A DNA stretch of 64,000 bases from assembly GCF_009914755.1 (NCBI RefSeq), contig NC_060928.1. One strand, given 5' to 3'. The stretch's first letter is position 1, and each line of letters begins with the position of its first letter. Source of the stretch: the human T2T-CHM13v2.0 reference genome, Homo sapiens. The position numbers and the translations under genes were made by a program. Under the pieces are notes generated by a model. The model was given only the letters and a program-made list of their open reading frames with translations. It was not told the origin of the DNA and made no database searches. Positions 1 to 11,230 of the stretch are shown in pieces.

Positions 1-585
1 ATCCCAACACTTTGTGCTTGTGATTGTGCTATCCGTGTTACAAGCACAAGTTTCCTTTTAGAAACTCATTCTAAATAATGGTGGATTATCGTACACTTTC
101 ATTTCAATGGAAAAAGAAAGTAAAAGAGAAATAAAAGGAAACTTTGACATAGTTTAATAATGAATACAAAAGTCTAGATGGCAAGTTACAGTCCACAGAG
201 TACTTTCCATGGAAGGATGGTGATCTATGGAATGGGAACTGCGAGGACACCTGCCCTTCAGGCTTTTGGAAAGAGAGGTTTGGCTCCTATATTTAAAGTG
301 CTCACAAAGTGCACAGCACAGAGCAAGCCCTGCAAGCAGGTTAGCTAGTATTATTATTCCAATTATGCCCAATGCGGCCCCTAAAGATGATCAGAACTGC
401 AAAGAAGCTATTTGTATACCTGGGTAGCTACTGAAAAAGCAAAAACCAACCAACCAACAAAAAACAAAATAGGAGGAAATCAGCCACAGAATGATTTCAA
501 CTGAGGAGGTCCTCCAATGACAATTTCATTTTCTATTCTCCTGGAAAATCAACCATTCCCTGTTTAACAGGAAAACACTACAGCA

Positions 586-1367
586 TTGTGTTAATCACTA
601 TATTATCACTTGTACTCAGCTTAAGAGAGGAGGAGAAGGCACCCTTAGGTAAGGCAGTGAAGGGACAAGAAGACTGGTGGAGCCGGAAGTGCAGGGTGCT
701 CTAGATTGGAGGTGTTAGCCCTGCTTGAGAATGGGGCCACAGCAGGGCCATGGAAGTTGTCTGTACCTCAGTACTTCACAGTTCGCTGTGCCAGGCCCAC
801 AGAGGTATGGATCTTGCACGCAGGAGGATCAAAGAGCTACGAAGGACCCTGCCTTTCTACGGAGAAAGAAACAGGGCTCTAGCAGAGCCTGGGGTGGGAG
901 AGAGGGCACCCCACAGATTCCTATTTACATTATAATTTTGCATCACAGATTTTCAAAGGCTTGGTCCAGGTTGCTCTTCCTGGGAAGGTTTTCCTCTCAG
1001 TCTGACATGAAAACATTTAGTTTCCTGGTGAGGCCTGGCCTTGCAGTCCTAGGCTAGCGCCTGAGACAAGCACTGGGACTCAGAATAGACTCGCCATTGG
1101 CAGCCAGGAACGCCTGAGGGAGACAACCTGCCCTTCTGTTGGGCCATCCCACCACTGCCTGGCACAGCGAACTGTGAAGTACTGAGGTACAGACAACTTC
1201 CATGGCCCTGCTGTGGCCCCATTCTCAAGCAGGGCTAACACCTCCAATCTAGAGCACCCTGCACTTCCGGCTCCACCAGTCTTCTTGTCCCTTCACTGCC
1301 TTACCTAAGGGTGCCTTCTCCTCCTCTCTTAAGCTGAGTACAAGTGATAATATAGTGATTAACACAA
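586..1367. repeat. Perfect 211-bp inverted repeat (arms 586-796 and 1157-1367, spacer 360 bp)
   Basis: Base-by-base comparison: 1157-1367 is the exact reverse complement of 586-796. Confidence 0.97.
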
Positions 1368-4300
1368 ACATGGGTGCCCAGAGATAGCCATTTACCTAAA
1401 GGATAGTATGTCACTTGCCAAGAAAGAGTCTATATCTCCTAATAAAGTCATTTCTTTCCACAGTCTCACATTTTCCCACCTGTTATTTCCTTATTCCATG
1501 GGGTCACCTTGCAAATTCTCCTGGAAAGTTGGCTTCAGAGAACCTCTGTACAGTTGCTTACCAAAAAGCAACTAATCCCTTTCAGGGACTAGTGCTTAAA
1601 AAAAAAAAAGAGCAAAGAAATTCCTTCACTATGAAATGAGGCAGTTTGTCCCTGGTGGCTCTTTTAAAATACAGGGATGTCAGGGGAGACCAAGTCTTAC
1701 TTCCAAGTGGGAGAAACGGGGGCCTTGTAGTGTTGCTTTACAGATATAAAACAGGTCCAGTCCAGATTATTTTCAAGAAACCACAGGCATGAGGCTCCAG
1801 GGGCTGGAGCTTTCCCACATCTAAGGCTTCACTGGGGGGCTGCGGCTGAAGCTGGGCCAGGCCAGGCGAGCCCCGGCACAGCCCAACCCACCAGTGAAGT
1901 CTGCGCAATCAAAGCCAGCAATTACTGCTCTCCGGCTGCGGCTGGGCTTCAAAGGGAGTGAGGCAAGGCCCATCTTACATATGTTCAGACTTGGGCTCCC
2001 TCCACCAGGAGTCACCACGCATTTGTACTGGGGATGCAAAGGCGGCACAAGACCCCACCCCACCCCATATAACCGAACCCCCCTGATGCTCTCCTGGACC
2101 AAATTCCAATCTTGACAAAATATCCCATCAACCAAATGGAACCATGAACCCAAATGGGTAGAGTTCCTTACTAAAAGCCCAAGCAATAAAGGTGAATCTA
2201 AAGATTTCAAGAGTGGGCCTGTTTCTGGGAGGTCAACAGCACCGACCCTGGGCCAATAGGGCTTTACAGACCCTGACTCAGGAGTGAAGAAAGGGAAAGG
2301 GGGAAACTCCTTCTCTCTAAGCCCAAATAAATGTAAAATCCTACCAAAAGCAGAGCGCTTGGCCAGCTCATGTCCTGGGGGTTCCTCCCCAGGCTGTCCT
2401 CTGGAAGAAAGGGCCAAGGAGACAAGTCTATGGGTGAGCTCTGAGGTGGTGGAGTGGAGGGTCAGGAGCAGGCAAGGGCCAGCCCTGTCAGGGTGCCACT
2501 CAGGGCTCACTGGCCAGTCAGTTTAAGCTGTCCAGGCCAAGGCAAGGGCAGCAAAGCTGGTGTCCAGGAACAAAATGCACCCCTGCCCCATCATGTAATA
2601 TCACTTCCTTATTCAGAATTGGTGAGGATACAAAAAAAGTGAGTTGGAATAAAAGACCCTTTCTTCGTCGTCCTCTTCCTTTTACGCCACTCTCAAATGC
2701 TACTAACAAGAGGCAGGAGCCTTAAACGATGTGCAATTTGAGGGGAGAATATTAGAGATTGGTTTTATGAGAGGTAAACAGATTCACAGATTTTAATTGC
2801 AAAAATGGAATTCCAGCATCACACCACACACCTCATGCCAATTGTCTCCATTTTTACACCTTGGGAAAAACTGACAAAAGCCTGTGATTTGAGGGTGTGA
2901 ACTCTTCTGCTGCACAATGTCATGTGTGTATGAAGGAAGAGAGGTACAGACTTCTACAGCAGGAAGCAAGCGTGACAGAGCTAGTCTAATCCTGTTTTTT
3001 TAGCAGAGACTTAGGAATATGGTCATAAAATGACTGGCCCATGGTGACCCCTAGAGAGTCCCAGTGCTGGGCTGTTCCCCAGGCCTCCTGGCATCATAAA
3101 AGTGACAGTCTTGTTGACTTGAAGGTGGTCTTGTCTGCAAGAAGCTGGTGAGGGGGAAGGAACAAAAACACTGTCCACTACGCACTGATTTGCCAGGCAC
3201 TGAGACATGGACTTTAGAATTTCACATTATCATCATTACAGTTTGCATCTTCCCACCCACTTACAGATAAGGACACTGAGGCTACCTGAAGTTCAGTAAC
3301 TTGCCAAAGGTCACCCAACTAATAGGCAGCAGGATGAGCCTCTGAACTCTCAACATGTGTTCTCTCCACCATACCTTGGAACTAAATTATCATTCACTTT
3401 CTTCTCTCCTTCCTACCTTCCATCATTCTGTCTGTCCATCCCCAGGCAACAACCCCTGTATCCTGGTGGAGGCAGTCTACATCTGTAACAGTGCAGCCAC
3501 CCCCAGGATATCACGCTCTGTTTGAAGAAAGATGATAAAGAGAAACAAACGCATAAGTTAACTTTGAAATTTAAGTCCCTAAGACTGGAAATATAACCTA
3601 CAAAAGCCAGCTTCAGCTCCTTGACAGTAAACATTACCCAACATTTGAGAAAAAAGAAAAATGAAAATGTGTGGTTAGGAAGGTTAACACTGAGTTTTAT
3701 TTCTGCAGCTGAATGACTCCTTAGTCCCAGCATTCAAGACTAGTTAGTTAATCCCCTAACCACAAAGCTCTAAAGCAAAAAGATTCCCAGAAGCTGGAGG
3801 TGGGAGGAAAGGGGTCATTGCCACTCCTGGATTCATGTTCTACCAAGGCAAGGCTTCCTCTCCTGTGGCTATTCAGAGTGAATTACCATCAGCTCAACCA
3901 GACTTTGGCAATGTCAAGATGACTTTGAGACAAGCCTGTGACCGTTAATGAATTACTCCAGGGGAATTTTTCTGTAGCTACTGGTTTCTCTTCCTGATCA
4001 GCCTAGCCCTCTGTGTTTGTCTCCTCTGTGAGGACATGTGTCCTATTGGTAGGCCAGACCTCCTGGTGCAGGTCATGACCGCTAGATCCTTCCTACCACG
4101 GGAAACATGGGAGAAATGGTCTTGAGCAAGTTTTGAAGGAGAGAGCCTCAAAAGCCCATTGTAGTTCTGTCAGCTGAAGTGCTTCCAGAGGGTAATAACT
4201 AGCTAGGTAGACCTCCCTCATCTACTCACCTCCAAACGCTATCCAATCCACATTTCTCTCAACAGACGTTCTCTCACACTAAAGATGTTAAGTTCACCTT

Positions 4301-4429
4301 CTACAAATGAGGTGACAGGATCAGGGCACACTTTGGTCTTTTTTTGTTTTGTTTACCCAAACCAAGCCCTTCCACAGTTATGCCAGCATTTGTGTGTGCA
4401 CCTGTGCATCTGGTTAAGCACAGGGAGGT

Positions 4430-4600
4430 GATAACTTGTATGGGTTAGAGTGTGGGCTCTAAGGACTGACAGTCCTGGGTTGGGTTTGGATCCTGGGTCC
4501 ATCGGTTACCACCTGGAAATCTCGGGCATGCACTCTGAACGTACCAAACCTGTTTCCTCATCTGTAAAGTGAAGATAAGAAGCTGCTCTACCTCATCAGG
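4430..4600 (+). mobile_element. MIR
   Basis: Core CTGTTTCCTCATCTGTAAAGTGAAGATAA. Confidence 0.7.
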
Positions 4601-6309
4601 TGCGCTGCGGGATGTGGGAGACGTATGTGCAGAGCCGGGCGAGTGCAGGGCAGACGCCCTGAAGCAGCGTAGTGAGTGCAGTAACAGCAGAGGATGGAGA
4701 ACTGGGGCTCAGAGCTGATGGTAATTCACTCTGCAGACGCAGCGCTGCTACTCGCCAGCTGCATGGCCCTGGACAAGTGATTATTTTCTCATCCTTCAGA
4801 CAGAACTGAAATCTGTCCCCTCCACCCCACAATGGGGCTGCTACAGAACGAGAGGAGGCAACACATGCAGAAGCATCTGTTAAAGCCTCCGGAATGTGGC
4901 AGGTGGTCCATACAGGTTGGGACCATTTCTGCTGTTCCAACTTCACACGACACATTCGGGGCAGCAAGCAAGATTCATACTATTACAGAACTTCTGGTAG
5001 AAAATTAAGACCAACAGGGTATTCTGCCAATTAATTAAAATATCTCTTATGAAACAGAATGCTTCTAAAAGCATGATGCTAGCTGAGAAAAACTAATCCC
5101 AATACAAAAAAAAAGTTAGATTCACAAAAACGATATATAGGCAGTTAGAAAAATTTAGTGTAGAGATTGATGTAAACCTTATGCCAAAAAGTGAGTTTAA
5201 TTTTTAATGCTTTTAATTTTTCTTTCATTCTGTCAAAAAGAATAAAGTTACTTTGCTAAAGGTCACAGACAGCTATGAGCAGCAGGATTTCCCACTCATC
5301 TGGCTCTCAGTAACATGGTAGCTTCATTTATGAAGAACACTGCTGAGGAAAAACACGTTAAAACTATCTCAAGGTATCACAGTAATGTCATGAAATTTAT
5401 GTGCAAAAATAGCACATTTTAGCCTTTCTTAAAATAGCACATTTTAGCCTTTCTCTATACCCCAAATCAGACCCCATTTACTTTTAATTTACATATTATT
5501 CAATTAAGCTTCATTTTCCTGGTTCCTAAATCCACACAGATCAGAAGAAACATATTATTGTGGGTACAGGGTATAGTCCCAAACAGCAAAGGAAGCCACA
5601 AAAGAATTATTAAAAAGCAGTTTCTTAAAATTCCATGTTATTTGGGGTCATTTAGAATAGTATTATACAAATCACCATACTCCTTGTGGCATATATAATA
5701 TTCACTGTAAAATAATGGCATGAGGTATTCGTATTCAAATCAATTTCAATGTACTCTGCTGAAGAAGACAGAGTTGCATCCAAAAGTGCTTTGAAAAATT
5801 ACATGTTTTGACACTTAAAGATGTAAACCATATAGCTTCTCTGAAAAACTCCATTATCCAGAAGGGCTCATTTCCACACAGTTCCTCACAACTCAGTAAC
5901 AAACAGTTCTATTAAACAAAATTTATCCAAAATACTTCTTTTTTATTCTATATTCTAGTGCATTGATCTTAATTCCATTTGGTAAGTTTTCATGAACAAT
6001 ACTAAACATGAAGCATTTCAAGAGGGTTTTAATGAACCTCATATACTCCTCTCCCTCTGCTATTATTTTTTAATGGCATCAGATCAGTCTTGCTACCTGA
6101 GGGTCTATTTCTCTATTTCTGCTCCCCAAGGCAACTTAAACACAATTCTAGCTCTTCTGATCATTAAGGAGAGAAAAGATAATTGATGGAAGGGATACTG
6201 CCCATTCTTAAAAGCTTTCACTGTACCCATGAACCCAACCCAATTTCTTTATTAACACAGAGCTGTCTAGATAAAACCACCCCAACTATCAGCTTCCTAG
6301 TGAGCTATA

Positions 6310-6810
6310 GCGGACATCTGTCGGGCTGCTGTCCAGCTCTCCTCTCCATTATCCCAACTCCAACACTGTTAGAGCAGTGAGCTCCTGACAGCCATTTTGT
6401 ACAATGTGACCTTCTCCTCTGGCCACAGCTGATTATAGATTGGGGTGGAAGTTTGACCCAAGTTGGGCTAACCAGAGTCGCTTCTACAGAATTTGAAAGA
6501 ATTATTGTCTCTTTGGGAGATGATATTGTAACAACATATAGCTTGAGTGCTCTAAACATAAGGCTCAGAGAACTGAGAGAGTCAATCTGGGAAGGGAAGG
6601 AGGAAGTGATTTTCAGGGAGGGACAGATGGAAGCAGCAGGGAAAGTGTCTGGACAGCTTTCCAATTTCCAGTTTTCTTTTTGGCCCAACTGCTCTACTGT
6701 CCTTGGATTCCACAAGATGCTCCTATATCCTTAAAACACATTTCCCCTTTCTCCTTAAGTGAGCACCATTTGTTTCCGGCACTTGCCATCAAAAGGCTCC
6801 CATGAATGCA
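6310..6810 (+). mobile_element. Old MaLR LTR (MLT1J/K/L-like)
   Basis: CTGGCCACAGCTGATT...TGACCCAAGTTGGGCTAACCAGAGTC and ...CACTTGCCATCAAAAGG end motif. Confidence 0.55.
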
Positions 6811-8190
6811 CCTAGGGATCCTGGAACAATGGCCAGGATGTGAAAACCTGCAGTCCACGCATAACTGAGTCTAACCACACTGTCATTATGCTGCCATTGC
6901 TATTTAAGACAATGAAACCAAGCCTGAGATTATCTGTAGTCAAGTGTCATCACCTTGTGAATCCTGTACACATTTCCTGTTAGTCTGTGACAGGTGTCAC
7001 AGGGATTTCTGAACACAAGCATAAAAAGAAGGAAGACACAGGTAGGCCGTCACCTCAGACTGGAGCATTCCCAGAAACGACACATATGGGAGCCTCTCTG
7101 GGCCACCACAACCTCCACCTCCTATGCAGCGATCTGGCAATCCATGCAAGATAAACAGCACGCCAGCAGTCGCTTCCACAGGACCTCACCACTGTGGTAA
7201 AATGGCAGCACAAGGTACCCCCAACTGGGCTAGGCCACTATTCAAAAAAAAAAAAAAAAAACCACTGCAGGCCAAGTGTGGGACAGTGCTGAGCAGGGTG
7301 CAGAAGTTTTCCCAGGAGGTGCCGACCTGTGGCCAAGGGTAGCTGCGCAGCCACGTGTTGCCCTGGCTGCCGTGCGACACTTGGTTCTCCCCAGTTTGAC
7401 ATCCCCCTTCCCCTCCCTAGATGCAGGCTTCCTTCCCAAGAGTTCTGAACCCCCAGGGGTCTTTTGCTTGTTTGGTAACAATTCTAGCTGAGGTGCTTTC
7501 TAAATATGTTACAAAAGATAAAGAATGGAAAACAGGATGTCATTTTTTCACTTTCTAGTTGTTGAAGCCTTAATTTTTACCCTGAGACTTGGACAAGACT
7601 TAAGAGTTCTTCAGCTGCCTCCAATTTCCTTTCAATTTTATTAATTTTTAAGAATCTGGCTTTGTTTTCTAACTAAACATAACCCAGCAGCTTACTGATA
7701 TTTAATGTTGGTGACTACATTGTGGAACAGAATTTGGAACAAACATTAGGCAAAAGTGTCAAACTTACCAGAGTGAGCTTCAAAAATCATAGGAAATAAA
7801 TATTTTTCTCATTGAGACCACTGAAAATATTTAGAACACTCCCTGGCTGCTCTAAGAGGACAGGGCTAAATGTTGGACACCAGGCACAGCTCCTGGCAGA
7901 CCCTCAGGGTTGCAGTCCTCTCACTGGTGCTTCTATTCCCACTCTGCAACTTGTCAGCTCTGTAGCACAGCTTCACAGGACCCAGGAGCCCCAAGTTCTC
8001 AACCCTTAACCACCTCATCAGGCTCTCGAACATCATCATCAAAGAAAAGCCAGAAACAATCTTCTTAAAAAATGTAAATCCAAGCACTGAACATTAACTA
8101 CTATATTGAGCTTAGCAATTACCTCTCATGCTCATCTCTTGGCCCTAGGGAAATAAAGGCTGAAGTTTTTATTTAGCCAAATGTGTTTAA

Positions 8191-8510
<320 letters not shown>

Positions 8511-9673
8511 TTTTTTTATCTTTTAAAAGTAGCCTGTTCCTTCTTTTAAACTAACTCTCATGTCATACAACTAAAAGAAATAAAGTATCTAAAAATATCT
8601 TTTCAATCTATATAATTTAAAGGTGGTAGGCTTTTTATATTTGTTTTGATAAAGTAAATATTAATAAGCCAATTTTGAAAATTGTTTAATTAGTAAACTC
8701 AGAGTCATAATTCTCTCCAGCACTTCAAACATTATAATTCTTTACTTCTTTAATTTCATATAAATCTTAAGTCAGGAAGAAAGCAAAGTTCAGTATTTGA
8801 TAATAATCTCTAACTTCTGACAAATTTTAAGGTGGTATTCCAAATCAAACATATCCCAAACACCAGAAACTCACATCAATTCTATTACTGTGCTATCAAA
8901 CCCCCAAATTCCGCCACCAACCTGACAGCTCGAGTGCTATCTACCACAGGAAGCCTTCCTTGATTTCACTCCGATTTATATACTTCTTATTCTCTTTATT
9001 TTTATATAAGGCACAGCATGCCACTTCTTCACAGCATAAAACATACTCTTTTATAACTACCCACTTAATATGTCTATATCTTCTTAAACTTGAAGCTCCT
9101 CCAGGAAGGGATAGGATCTCATTTGCAAACACCCCCACCGCCTAACAGGATTCGTGACTTACAGCAGTCCTCACTAAATGTTTGCGTGGTGAGTAAACAA
9201 GTGATTAGTGTTCATGACACCGGTCTTCCAGCTGGACAAAGGACAGTGTGTGCAGTCTTATCCCCTGAGGCCCTGGGCTCCCAGCATTCCCACAAATGAC
9301 TAGTCCGAAAAGCTAAACAGATGAATCTGGCCTCTCCCAAAGATCCTGCAGCTTGGGGACCACCATCTCCAACCTGGAGGAATGGCTTTTAGGGATCTCA
9401 TTTCCAATTATCCTAAAAGTTTCCCCACAGTGTTGAGACCACATTAATGGTAATTTATTTGTTTCAATCTGATTTCACCAGGGTGAAACATTTTTTAATG
9501 CTCAAAAGTAGAAACATACGGGGAGACAGGAACACAACCGGGTGAATAAAGCACTGATTCAGGAGCCAGCCTCTCCGCTGGGCTGCATGCGGCCACTGCA
9601 CTGGCGCTGCCCATCAAAAAATGGGAAGCATTCCATGAAACCCATAGGATCTTTAAAGAAATGAAAATACAAG

Positions 9674-9956
9674 TTTTTTGTTCTTACTTCATCACCTAGG
9701 TTGGAGTGCAGTGGTGCAATCATAGCTCACTGCAGCCTTGAACTCCTAGGTCCAAGCTATTCTCAATCTCAGTTTCCTGAGTAGCTGGGACTACAGGTGT
9801 GTGTCACCATGCCCAGTTAATGCTTTTTATTTTTTATACAGACATAGTTTTGCCATGTTGCCCAGGCTGGTCTCAAACTCCTACCCTCAAGTGATGGTAT
9901 ATACCCTCTGCCTCCCAAAGTGCTGGGATTACCAGCATGAGCCACTGCTTCTAGCC
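9674..9956 (-). mobile_element. AluJ-like
   Basis: Diverged Alu dimer in reverse. Confidence 0.85.
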
Positions 9957-10037
9957 TAGCTTTACCTTTACTCGTCAACTTCCCTTCAGAATTGAAAACC
10001 AGCTGTGTGATATTCCACATCACACTCTGACAGACTG

Positions 10038-10321
10038 GTTTGTTTTTTGCGTTTTTTGAGACAGAGCCATGTTCTGTTGCTCAGGCTGTAGTGCGGTGGT
10101 ATAATCTCAGCTCACTGCAGCCTTGACATCCCGGGCTCAATAGATCCAACCACCTCAGCCTCGCCAGTAGCTGGAACACACCACCGCACGCAGCTAATTT
10201 TTGTAGAGAAGGGATCTTGCCATGTTGCTCAGACTGGTCTCAAATTCCTGGGCTCAAGCAATTCACCCACTTCAACCTCCCAAAGTACTGGAATTACAGG
10301 AATGAGCTACCATACCCAGCC
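10038..10321 (-). mobile_element. AluJ-like
   Basis: Diverged Alu dimer in reverse. Confidence 0.85.
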
Positions 10322-10959
10322 TGGAGGATTGGTTCTAATCAAGTATTTTACTATTTCTAAGGTGAGGTCAGCACTAGTATGACTGTAGTCTGGCAAACAA
10401 GGAACCATATTATTACATTAGTGGAAAATCAAACCCTCAAACTAGAGGCAATGCTTCGAATATCCCAGGACACAAGGTAGCCATCCTGGGGAGGAAGGAG
10501 GGACACAGGGGATGATCTGTACAGGAACTGAAGAACATCCCCATCATGTATAAGCCATTTTCAAGGTCGTGCAGAAGCTTTATAGTTATACAGAGCCACT
10601 CAGACATAAAATGATGACTATAAATTAGGAAATAAAAAAAGAGATCTGAGTCCCTATAATAACACTGGGAGGCAGTGCAGACCACACAAAAGCAAAGCAG
10701 ACCAGAAAGTTGGACTTGAGGGAGAGACAGACAGGGATCTCAGAGGACGCTGGGCACAATCCTTCACTTATACTGAGAAACCAGAGGCTTTAGGTGACCT
10801 GCCCCAGGCCGCACAAATTTATACAAGAGCTAACCTGGGAGACTGGGTGGCCTCATTCCTGGGCTCTGCTCTTTCCATAACGTGACGCTCTGTTCCCTTT
10901 GTCTTTCATTTCTTTGCCAGGGCTCTGTTCCAGAACAGAAGACCCCCTCCATTTTTCTG

Positions 10960-11230
10960 TAATAACGGTGGTTATTTCTAAGTGCCACCTCCTCGGAGGT
11001 GCCTTTCCTGACAATCCAATCTAAAAGCAGACCCCTAAGTTACTCCCTAACTTATTTTTATTATAGTACTTATATTTTCCTGTTTGTTTTTTTTAATCAA
11101 CTACCCTCACAGCAACATAACAAGCACTGTGAGAATAGGGACCTTCTTTGCTCCATCCAACACTCTATTTCCAGGTCACACAAGTCTCCATAGGGCCTAT
11201 CTTAGGTGCTCAATAAATGCTGAATCATGA
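10960..11230 (+). mobile_element. L2 3' end
   Basis: ...TGAGAATAGGGACC...TAGGTGCTCAATAAATGCTGAAT. Confidence 0.65.

Noticed and set aside
586-1367. DNA transposon with long TIRs as the explanation for the inverted repeat
   Set aside because: No clear TA or 8-bp TSD, no transposase remnant, and human DNA transposons are too old to have fully identical 211-bp arms.
1821-2510. 229-aa minus-strand ORF
   Set aside because: GTG start, no recognisable domain, GC-rich intronic sequence; compatible with chance.
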